44,816 nt of DNA from the NCBI GenBank assembly GCA_000934665.2, contig KZ538843.1, positions 1-44,816 on the forward strand, read 5' to 3'. The notes under the pieces were generated by a model, which did not search any database, was not told the DNA's origin, and saw nothing but the letters and a program-made list of their open reading frames with translations. Position numbers and translations under genes: made by a program. Position 1 is the first letter of the stretch. Every line of letters starts with the position of its first letter. This DNA is from Catajapyx aquilonaris (taxonomy: Eukaryota). Positions 1-9,780 of this stretch are shown here, in pieces.

Positions 1-658
1 ACTTGACGAATTTACAATGCCGCATTTCAGTTTTTTGTCTCCCCTGTAAAATTTTGTCTCATGGACTTATGACCTTTCCATTCTGGGTGATTCATATGTG
101 CGAGTGGTTCTCCAATCTAAACATTTTCCCATTAAAACGTCCATGGACCTCATCAATGACCGCATTGGGAGTCCAGAAATGTTGTTGTGTCAGGAATGTG
201 TTCTTCAACCTCCAGTTCGAGTAAAATATCCAAGGTGACAATTGATAATAAATTTATCCTCCCCCCCCCCCCNCCCCCCCCACACACACAATAACACCGA
301 GCTCGGAGATCGTAGTGGTAACTTTCAATTGTTGCATGTAACTTAAAACTTTTTGCTTATTACAGTATAAAAATCAGCTAAATAAGCATAATTTGTGCCA
401 GAAGTACAGTACTTCCTGTTGGCCCAGTCTGTTTAAGCACAGTATGCAAGACATTCCATAATGGTTCAGGCAAACTGCCAGGTAAACCTCTGGGCATCAG
501 AAGGTCACTATTAATTTGGTAGAGGTTGCAATTAGACTTACAACGCAAAGTATGAAATAATATCCTGGCAGATATGTATCCCTCCGCACGACCTTGCCGT
601 TTTAATTTGAAATAAGGGTGTTACAATGCGATCTTAGTTTATATTTCAATATCCTTAA

Positions 659-1013
659 TAATAATAATATAATAATAATTAATAATAATTGGGTGTAGAC
701 GTACCCCTATTGGGGTTTTGCCGGACCTTTATTATTAATTGTCAGTTACAACTGGATCCTACTTATACAGCGCCCGGGCCCACGGGCAGGAAGGGATGAC
801 AGGAGGGGATGTGCAAGTGCAGTGCCTTGTCCGCATGTGGCCGTTTTGTGAGCTCCCCCGGGTGGATTAGTCTACGGATATTCCACCCGAGACTAAGTGT
901 GACGACACTTTACTCTGCACGAGATGAAGGGGGTGTCCCCGGGCCGGGATCGAACCCGGGACCTTAACATCCGTGGGCGCGAACGTTACCGTTGCGCCAC
1001 TTCGCCTCCCTTT
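659..1013 (-). mobile_element. tRNA-derived SINE, full length (family A)
   Basis: Minus-strand head GGGAGGCGAAGTGGCGCAACGG (A box) ... GGTTCGATCCC (B box); (TTA)n-like tail at 659-690; 11-bp TSD AATATCCTTAA at 648-658 and 1014-1024. Confidence 0.9.
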
Positions 1014-1237
1014 AATATCCTTAAAAGCAACAGTCAGTCGCCGATGCAATGGAAGTGTTTAAATGCCACCTCAGCGACATCAAAAATTGTTAAATGCACT
1101 CTTTGAGTAATGTTTATTATCTCACTGACGAAGCTGAGGAACCCAAATGACACAGCTATACTTGTACAGGGTTCGAAAATTTAACCTACCGTCACTTTAA
1201 TGATAGATGGGTTCTAGGCGATCACTTTGAGTATATA

Positions 1238-1469
1238 ATAATTGATTGGGTATTCGGCTAAGCCCACATGGTTTTTTTTTGCCAGACCTTTATTGTGATG
1301 GTGTACAATTCTGGGAATCCTATTATTGAAGCGCCAGGGCCCACGGGCAGGATGACAGGAGGGGATGTGCAAGTGCAGTGCATCTGACGTGTGGCCATTT
1401 TTAGTGAGCTCCCCCGGGTGGTTTAGTCTGTAGGAAATATCACCCGAGACGAAGCCAGAGGTGCCCTTG
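1238..1469 (-). mobile_element. 5'-truncated copy of SINE family A inserted in the left TIR of the MITE
   Basis: Close match to 720-895 (gggcccacgggcagg..gacaggaggggatgtgcaagtgcagtgc..gtgagctcccccgggtgg..cacccgagac). No tRNA head and no clear TSD. Confidence 0.85.
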
Positions 1470-1579
1470 CAACATGGGTCTGCGATGCATAGTTACCGAG
1501 ATAGTGTGCTTCAAACACAAGGTATAAAATATCCCGGCACGTATGCGTCCCTCCACGAGACCTTACCTTTTTCATTTAA

Positions 1580-2642
1580 AGGACCTGTTCAAGGTTACCC
1601 TGAGTAGCCCTGCAACCCAAACGACAAAAATTAGGCTCAGGGTGTAGTGTATATTCTATGCACATAGTTGTACGCTAAACCCCGCTGTGTTCGCCACTCA
1701 CTGTATCTTTGATGTGGTAAGTGTTGCTATCTGGCGGCCTTGGTAGTATTCAAAATATGTTGCCACATGGAGCACCATATCATGACAGTTGCGCCAACGA
1801 CAATTTATGTGGGATTTACACCGTAAAAATGTTGTAAGAATAATAGCGTTGGACAAATGCCTCGCGAGAGTGTCAATCATGCGAAATGCAAGTCCAATCA
1901 AGATATATATCACGCGTTTTCCCAATCGCGTATCTCTCCCTCACCTCTCTCTCTCTCTCTCCCCTAAAAGAGAGAGAGGAGAGAGAGAGGGGCGGACTCA
2001 AGATGGCGTTCGTTGGCAAAGCAAGGCCGAACTCTTTCTCCAAACTGTTGAAGGTCACCCGTTAGAAGCATTCTTCCATTGAATGACATAATTATATTAG
2101 AGTGACTTATTGACAGCAAAGATATCTGCTATATATTCCCCTAGAATCCTAGATACATAACTCGCTATCCATTTCCATACAAGCAAAGTGATGCCAATCA
2201 CGCCCAAAGTAAAGATGGCGTCATCGTTACTTTGGGCGGGGCAGCAGAAGCGGCCGTAGGGGCGGCCCCTGTGCTGATGGGCCGGACAGCAGTGGGACGT
2301 TTCCACAACGTTTCCAGGGGCGCGGGGCATCCCTTGAAGATGCCCAACTACGTACAGGCCACCACGGCAGATCGATCCAAGTCGCCCAAAGCCGCCATCT
2401 TTGCTTTGGGCGACTGCACAAACTCCATGCACAAACTGGCTTCACTTTTTCTTAGCAGTTATACTTTATGCATCTAGACTCTAGAGGAATATAATAGCAG
2501 AAATCTTTGCTTGACAGCAACATTTTGATCCAACTCCCCTGCGTTGCCTAGTTTCAGTGATCTGCTCCAATCTAAAGACACGAATCATTGGACCATGCGG
2601 GTTGCCTTTCTGAGTCAGGATAACATACTTTGAACAGGTCCT
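1580..2642. mobile_element. Non-autonomous Kolobok-like DNA transposon
   Basis: TTAA TSD (1576-1579, 2643-2646) and 13-bp TIR AGGACCTGTTCAA...TTGAACAGGTCCT. TTAA with 5'-AG...CT-3' termini fits Kolobok rather than piggyBac (CC...GG). Confidence 0.75.
2117..2509. mobile_element. P-element-like MITE
   Basis: Imperfect ~45-bp TIR starting CAAAGATATCTGCTATATATTCC / rc CAAAGATTTCTGCTATTATATTCC; CA...TG termini; 8-bp TSD ATTGACAG / CTTGACAG (7 of 8 identical); internal hairpins containing AAGATGGCG. Confidence 0.7.
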
Positions 2643-4386
2643 TTAAGGTGTTACCATGTAATTTAATTTTAATTTACGATCCTGTTATGTGTAGCAGGGA
2701 ATAAACTAGGCGATGGAAGTGTCGTAAGCAGTATCCGAAACCTATAAGCTGAGATAATACACTTTTTATTTAATGATAATGATCTCGGTAACTATGCATC
2801 GGAGACCCATGTTGTATATACTCAAAGTGATCGCCTAGAATTCCTCTATCATTTCCTAAAGTGACGGTAGGTTAAATTTACGAACACTGTATAAAATGAT
2901 CCTCTGGTGTGGATGTTTGTCCCATTCATTATGACGCGCCCTGAAAATGCGAACTGTAATACCACGAGTTTAATATTTCTCCTATCATATACGATTCTAG
3001 TCCAAAGTTTATACCATATCCCAGGCAATTCCTAGTATAGTACCTATAGTCTGCTATACAGTATACCTGTACATGACTTCTATATACGATGGAATCTACA
3101 GTGTTCCTTCATACTGTAGCTGCCTGAGCATACCTCTTCTCATTTTCCAAACATTTTGAGCACAGCTTTCATTAGAATAAGTCGAGTGTAATTGGAGCAT
3201 GAAAATGACTGCATAAAGCGTCCCTCTTAATTAGCGTTATTAGTAATTAGTCTCTATACAGATGTACGCTTCCGTAGAGCAGCACGATGCTGTGGCCTAG
3301 AAATTCCAGCAAGGAAAGTGCCTTCAACAGTATAGCATTCTGCCTGATCAAAGCATAACGCGCATATGCAGATTTGAATGCACAGTCTCTCAAGCATGGG
3401 ATGTAATGCACGTACCATACAGGTATCGCCAGCGTACACACATCCAGAAACGCGCTTTGACAACAAACACAAAAGGCGAGCTTGTTTTCAAAAGCCAGTC
3501 ACTCCAATTCCCCGCGTTCACATTCCGTGGAATGTGATATTGAAGTGATTTTCTACTGCGAAATTTCTCATCCCGGCGTTCCTGACGAGTCGCCACGGTT
3601 ACGAAGACGTAAGGAGAGGCAGGGGAAGCAGGGGAGGGAGGAAGGGAGGATGTAGGGAGAGATGAAAAAGAAAAGAGGAAACATAGTAATATGAAAGCCG
3701 GCATGCATTGCATACCGACAGTAAAAGATGAGAAAGCACCTAACCGTTTCTCTCCCGCATTGCCCTAGTAGTAAAACAACCGAGAAATTGGGACCGTGCC
3801 TCTGAAATGATGAAACCTGCTAGAAGAATATTCATTATTCAGTCGGGGGTGCTGCCAGAGGGAAATGATTAAATAAACAATCTTATCACATTTCTGTATT
3901 ACCCGACTGCAGTAATTCAGGCTGGCATTTTCTCACTCTGGGGGAGAAAGATCTCCAGGGAATTATTCTTCTGTCTGTAAATCAAAGAGCACTAAGCAAT
4001 ATTACGTGCTAAACCTATACAACAGAGAGCCTTCGTGACTATATAGCCTAAAGCCAAGTGCAGTGCAGTATAGTCTACTGTACTGCACTATATTTTATCT
4101 GTCACAATATGGTTTTAGTACAGTGTATCAACATCCGATTTACTAATGGTTGTATGATGTGTAGGGTTTTCCTGACGCCAACAATAAAAATGTTACTCGT
4201 GATATTTTATTTTAGCTACTAGTTCAGGAGTTGTAACTCTTGGCTTTAACTTACAAATTGTAATGTTATATACGTCACTTTATGTATTATATTAATTTTG
4301 GTTTGTAGAAGAATTGAAACGGTTTGGAGTGCTGAATGTTGAACAGCGTCAGGATAGGATATGTTTGTCAGAAAATTTTATTGTCA

Positions 4387-4433
4387 TTGCCCAATTAATT
4401 TGGGGACTCCCCGTCCCAAAATTAATTGGACAA
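4387..4433. repeat. Short imperfect hairpin (21-bp arms), probably a MITE remnant
   Basis: TTGCCCAATTAATTTGGGGAC vs rc TTGTCCAATTAATTTTGGGAC, 2 mismatches, 5-nt loop. Confidence 0.7.
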
Positions 4434-5338
4434 TTTCGACAGGTAATAAAACACACCGACATGAAGCTGCCGCACTGGTTGTGTCAATATATTGTACTTT
4501 TTTGGCATAAGATGCTAGATATTGGTTCTCTCCGACACATTCACAGTATATGTAATTTCACTTTTCACATCACCCTTCTGTATAGGGCTACACGTTCACA
4601 TTTTTCCTTCTTGCATTATTATGATAGACAGCGATAGGATCCTCGCACTCGATACTGGTCGCAAATGATAGGGAGACCTTCCACAGTATATACCGTACCT
4701 TAGACCTTATAGGCCTACAGTAAAAATCCTAACAATAGAGAATAATTATACTATATTTCCTAATTTAAAGCTCAGCTGAATCAGTTACAGTTCGATAAAA
4801 TGAGTAGTTCCAGAAAGAGAGTGATCCTCTTTCCCCCCGCTCCAACACTATCATCTCCATGGACGAGCAGGAATCCACTTACAAGTTCCGATCTCAGATT
4901 AAGTATAGCGTGCTTCGAGCTTAAAATGCCAATGTTCCAAAAATTCAAACTTGAAAATGCATTTTAAAAACATCCCATTTCCTACAAAAATATTGCCCGT
5001 GAGATTTAGAAATATTTTGACACTTCAAACGGTAGAGAGCTAGGCCTATAAATATTAAATATGGAGGGACTTCGTGGCCGTACCTGATGTCACGAGTAGC
5101 CAACTTCAACAATGGGTGCCCTGACCTTGCTTTTGTGGCTGTCTGTCACCTTGTATGATACAGCACATCCGTGCTTCGTCGTTTGGTTGCTATCGGATGT
5201 GACTATATCCAAAGGGGAGGACCTCTCTTTGATTTCTGCAGCATTCCATGGTCTTGAAGCTCCAATCAGAGTGGCTAGCTCAAATTGAAAGATGTGACGG
5301 GTGAGGGCATAGGCGCGGATCTACTATATTATATAGGC

Positions 5339-5614
5339 TACTCTCCGAATCGCATTAGTGTGAACCTTTTTTTTAGATATCCATACGCCGAAAGTAGTCC
5401 CCACCTTGCCGGGCCCTACCGCTTCTCACAACAAAATGTGAAGTTGTGTAGCGCCGCATGGGCTGCCCATGATAATTAGAGATTCGAATTACCCGTGTAC
5501 CAGCACTGTTTCTTCGAGAAAGCCAGCGATACCGGGGACTAATTTTGCGGCTGCTCACCCCCTCGGGCGTATGCATACCTGAAAAGTGTCAGACTTATGC
5601 GAATCGGAGGGTGC
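5339..5614. mobile_element. Degenerate MITE, probably Tc1/mariner type
   Basis: Left CTCCGAATCGCATTAGTGTGAACCTTTT..ATATCCATACGCCG vs rc of right CTCCGATTCGCATAAGTCTGACACTTTTCAGGTATGCATACGCCCG (~50-bp imperfect TIR). Confidence 0.65.
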
Positions 5615-6229
5615 ATCAGTACCATGAGTTAGCAAAATAATAGCGAGAGGTCAATCCAAAGCTTGACTGAGGCAGTTACCCTTTTGGATTCCCTAATATT
5701 GCCCTCGTAGTGCCACGATTAGCTGCGGAAATCAGACCGCTTCCATATAATTAGATTACCATGTTGTCATTGTTAACCAAGTGACTGATGACATCATGAT
5801 TAGAGGTGGTGAGAGAAACTGGGATGGAACAGGTCCGTCTTAATCTGTCGGGCCTGACACTGACTCGTGACATCGCATGAAGGGGCCTAGAAGCAGCGCC
5901 ACTTGGCGGCATCGGAATACTGTCCCTCCGAATAAAGCCTGGTTTTTGAGAATTAGATTGCGATAGGAGGTATGATTGAGGGATTTGGAATGTCATACAA
6001 GTTAGGCAGTGTTTGGCTTTCAAAAGTGGGTTTATTCGTCTACTTTGCATAGATCTCCTGAAGATGCATCGATGAATCCATTTCCATAATTTGGCAAAAT
6101 GTGACAATAAAAAACTGCTAAAACTGATAAACCCGAATAAACCCTCTCACATCCACTCCTATACCCTCCACCTCATTCCAATCCTATCCCCTATAGTTGG
6201 CCCGCAGTTGGCCTTCCCAGTTCTATCTC

Positions 6230-6565
6230 ATTGAAAAGTAAACTTGCCATTTTGGAAAATTTGCCATTTTGTGCTGCTCTTATTCACATTTTTCAAAAAA
6301 AAATTGAAACCTTATTGCACATCTACGAAAAAAAATCATAAATTTGACACCGCTCCCGACGTCGCGTCGTAGGCCATGGTAACCGGTTGCCATGGAAACA
6401 GGTTTTTCTCTCCTCCTAAGGATTTTTACAAAAGACCGCCGAGACCTTATTGCACATCTACACATGATTGCCTAAATTTGGACACCACTCCCGCCTTTGC
6501 ATCGTAGGCCTAAGGGTCGCGGAGGAGTTCTCGTCACAGCAGCGTATTAATAATATTATTAGATT
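6230..6565 (+). mobile_element. Repeat with internal tandem duplication, possibly a non-autonomous Helitron/Helentron end
   Basis: Unit CCTTATTGCACATCTAC..AAATTTG(G)ACACC..CTCCCG..CGTAGGCC occurs twice (6309-6375, 6444-6510). It ends ..GGAGGAGTT..TATTAATAATATTATTAGAT, a layout I associate with invertebrate Helitron-like repeats. The class is inferred. Confidence 0.4.
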
Positions 6566-6723
6566 GTTGGCGAGAACAGGGCTTTAAGGAGTTTGTTTTT
6601 AACATACATTATGTGACCAAAGAAGTACAGGTTCCGTGACCACACTACCTGATTGACCTTCAGAAAAGGGGGGATGATTTTTATTTTATTTGCTACTAAC
6701 ACTAAGTCAAGTTCACGGCCTGG

Positions 6724-6788
6724 ACCTCTCCGGGGGCGGGGGAGGGGTTCGTATTAAATACGAACCCCTCCCCCGCCCCCAGAGAGGT
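6724..6788. repeat. Near-perfect GC-rich palindrome (~32-bp arms, almost no loop)
   Basis: ACCTCTCCGGGGGCGGGGGAGGGGTTCGTATT-A-AATACGAACCCCTCCCCCGCCCCCAGAGAGGT, one mismatch. Confidence 0.9.
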
Positions 6789-7539
6789 GACTGTAACTAC
6801 TACTGTATGATAAATGAATGATGCAATTGCGTTTGGAAAAACTGGAGTGAGGGTAAACAACACATTTTCGAGACGAAATTACCAGGCCGTAAAAAATATT
6901 TTGTGCCCAGCAAATAGATCGTGCAAAAAATGTGTCTGATAACCCAGTTCTTTCCGCGTGTGACGTCAACACCGAGAAGGCTTATCTAACGTTCAGTTAG
7001 GCGATATTAATTTTATCAGCAATGTGCAGAATAATGTACAGGCTCCGGAAGAGAAAACTTACGACCCGTAGGCCTATTTGAGGAAATAGTAGGCTATCAG
7101 TTTTTTGTCCGAGATTTTTTTTTTACTTAAGTTACCTCAAATCGATATCATGGTGATGGTAAGTCGGTGGGGCGCATATTTTCCATTTATTGGTTTAATA
7201 TAATATTCTATTTAGAATAGCTAACACTTAACTTATAATAAGTTACATAAAATTCTGATATTTACTCGACTACGGAAAGAAACTTCAAGGGGCTACATTC
7301 TATATAACTGAGGTTTCCTATATCCAAATACAATAGCCATAATATTGAAGTATGGATGGAGGGACCAGCCTTTCGAGTTGGCTATAATCGAGAGTTGCTT
7401 ATAGCCGAGGCTTGTATATCCTAAGTCGACTACACACACTCCCGCACAACTGTGCACCATTATTTCGCACACAGTAGAAAACTTTTCAACAATAGAGAAT
7501 TAGGGTGGAATTTTTGTCTCAAGTTCACTTTTTTGTATG

Positions 7540-7607
7540 CCTATTTGCCGCCCATTGAAATATTATGCCGCCCTATAGGCAACTGCCTTGCCGTAAATCC
7601 GGCGCTG
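7540..7607. mobile_element. Probable hAT-type MITE terminus (fragment)
   Basis: Repeated TGCCGCCC motifs ending ..GTAAATCCGGCGCTG (rc CAGCGCCGGATTTAC). Related TTTGCCGCCC motifs occur near 34660 (rc) and 37608. The other end was not found. Confidence 0.4.
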
Positions 7608-8142
7608 AACACTGGTACCTGCTAAGTTAGCAGGAACTAGCAGAGTTCGAAGAATATTAATAATAATGACGCGACAGGATGTTAGGCTTAGGTACAAGGT
7701 TGAGAATTGAGAGTTGAGAGGAGGAAACTCGAGGGGCAAAGGTCACCATTCGGCAAGCCTTTGTTTCCTGTTGACGAGATCATAGGACAAGGACCGGGAC
7801 TTCCGTCGCGTAGCTTCCCTTGATCGGTGACGAAAGAGCGGGATGGAAAGGAGAAAGGAAGATAGGAAGTTTCAGCACTGGGTTCTTCCCAAGTCCTGGT
7901 GCAAGTGTTGTATTGAACTGGTGAAGGTATAGTACAATGTCTAGCTTCCAGTGTGTTTTCTACTCCGCGCCGCTTCTGTTACAGCATTCAGGGGGGTACT
8001 GCAAACCCCCGATTAATTATTGGTCACCCACGGGACTGGGACATGATCGGAAAACAAGAAGAGGCCGGATAATAATCCGCGTAGCAAAAGAAACATCGAA
8101 ACTCTAATAAAACAACAAAAAACATGCGAAAAATGAAATATA

Positions 8143-8925
8143 CAGTAAAACCTCACTATAACGCTCCCGAATATAACGCTTTCCCGCTTTTAACACTCCT
8201 TTTCCCGGTCCCTTGGTCAATTATTCCATAAGGGCTAATGGTAAATTTTCCCGCTTATAGCGCTTTCCCGCACATACCGCTCGGTTTCCCTGGTCCCTAG
8301 AGAAACTTATCCTGCATATAACGTCAATTTCCGTCATTTTTCCTCCCCACAATCGCGATTATGGAGAGGAAAGTGACGGAAATTGGAAACAAATCTAATT
8401 CGGCTACAGATTTTAAAAACATCATGTGGATTTTTCCCTTGTTCGGCGTTTATTTCTTATCATTAGAAAAAACCACGTGTCAATACGTGACGGTCGCCTT
8501 AATTTATTCAAAGTTATAATTGAAAATTTAAGTTTTTGTCGATATTTTAAAAAGACGAAACAATAAAAATCTCCACTTCCGTGGAACCTAGGATGACAGT
8601 TCCTGTTTTTGTTTTATAGCCCTTTTGAAGACTCTTTCAACCGTACCTTACCCCTTTAATTTTTACCGTAAGTTTAAGCTTGAGAATGGTAAAACCTCTC
8701 TGTATATGGGGGTGGACACCTTTCCTAACTTTTCAGGTAAGACTGTACGTAATATGTGGGCAGGTTAGTCCAGGTTAGGCTTCAATCTACATAGTAATCG
8801 TGAAGGCATCCATATCCTGAGAAAAGGGTGAATTAAATAGTATTTCCCGCATATAACGCTTTCCCGCTTATAACGCTACTTTTGAGCGGTCTCTTATTGA
8901 AGAGAGTTATATCGAGGTTTTACTG
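8143..8925. mobile_element. pogo/Tigger-like non-autonomous element
   Basis: TA-CAGTAAAACCTC ... GAGGTTTTACTG-TA, with subterminal direct repeats TATAACGCTTTCCCGC at both ends. Confidence 0.85.
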
Positions 8926-9100
8926 TACTGTACTACGCTGTACTACTATAGTCAACAGCCATTCTAGAATGCACTTCTGGAACCTCCCACTGATCTCCCA
9001 CTTTTCAAGTTGCCATGGAGATGCCCTCAAGAAATAATAAGAGTAAACAGTGTCAACAAATAAGGAACACTGTTTACTCCTGTTGTTGATTTGGCATCAA

Positions 9101-9468
9101 GAGGAGGTGTAGATGGCCGAGATGGTAACGTCTCGGCTTGCTGAGTGAAAGGCCCCAGGTTCGATCCCTGCCTGGGGAGTTTTCCTTTCACCTGCGTCAG
9201 GAGGGTCTCTGGTTGGAGGTGTCTGGCAACCTAACCTCCTGGGGAACAGCACATGACCCCATATTAAACAGACATTGCACTTGCACCCCATGTTGATGTT
9301 CCCTCCTCAAAAATCTCTATCCGTACCCATGTCCATGTCTAATTGCACCCGTGAGCGAAGAAAAAATAGTCCACAGTTACTAGAAAACTGATGGTGGTGT
9401 GCCACCCCCATAAAAAGGCTCCGCCGTATCACGGGGGAACGCTTAAATAAATTAATTAAATTAATAAA
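9101..9468 (+). mobile_element. tRNA-derived SINE, full length (mosaic family)
   Basis: A box TGGCCGAGATGG, B box GGTTCGATCCC, AT-rich tail; 13-bp TSD GATTTGGCATCAA at 9088-9100 and 9469-9481. Confidence 0.9.
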
Positions 9469-9734
9469 GATTTGGCATCAAATATTGCAAATATATAATT
9501 TGGAGTTTTTGAATTTGCGAGTTGACCCCTGCCCCCTTCCAGAATAGGTAAAGGGATAATTTTGAGCAGGTTACTTTATAGGTGTGTTTTTCATCCCTTG
9601 GGGTGGGCTACCAACGCACCTAGTTTCATCAAAATCCCTGAGTGACCCTTGGATAGTGTTATTGAATATTTCGGGCCAAAGCACTAAGACAAGTCTATGG
9701 GTACCTTGCTCTGCACTCCCAGCTGGGGCCACCT

Positions 9735-9780
9735 GCTCACACCCCCTGGGGGTGAGGGAACTCCTGGTTGGGAACCCCTG
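9735..9780. mobile_element. hAT-type MITE terminus (fragment)
   Basis: Ends ..CCTGGTTGGGAACCCCTG (rc CAGGGGTTCCCAACC), a typical hAT/Charlie-like end. The partner end was not seen. Confidence 0.5.

Larger units (their letters stand above)
1167..2889. mobile_element. Tc1/mariner-type MITE with ~110-bp TIRs, interrupted by nested insertions
   Basis: TA-CAGGGTTCGAAAATTTAACCTACCGTCACTTT... at left matches the rc of ...AAAGTGACGGTAGGTTAAATTTACGAACACTG-TA at right. The left TIR resumes at 1470 (CAACATGGGTCTGCGATGCATAGTTACCGAGAT) after a SINE fragment. TA on both sides. Confidence 0.85.
446..2943. mobile_element. Old, degenerate Tc1/mariner-type MITE hosting a nest of younger insertions
   Basis: Left end (~446-480, ..ttccataatggttcaggcaaac) and right end (2915-2943, rc CAGGGCGCGTCATAATGAATGGGACAAAC) resemble the ends of the copy at 23588-23995 (CAAGGTGTTCATAACGATTGCGACAAAC). 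Internal pieces 545-657 and 1024-1160 also align with that copy. Boundaries approximate. Confidence 0.55.

Noticed and set aside
7700..7935. Possible promoter or first exon ending at AG/GTATAG
   Set aside because: Purine-rich unique sequence with a plausible donor site, but no downstream exon or other support.
9101..9178. tRNA gene (also 935-1010, 36410-36484, 37855-37929)
   Set aside because: A and B boxes are present but there is no proper cloverleaf or acceptor stem; three continue into a SINE body with tail and TSD, and the fourth resembles the family A head.
9571..9625. Possible Helitron end (..CCAACGCACCTAGT)
   Set aside because: CTAG is present but the hairpin is weak and no other end or copy was found.
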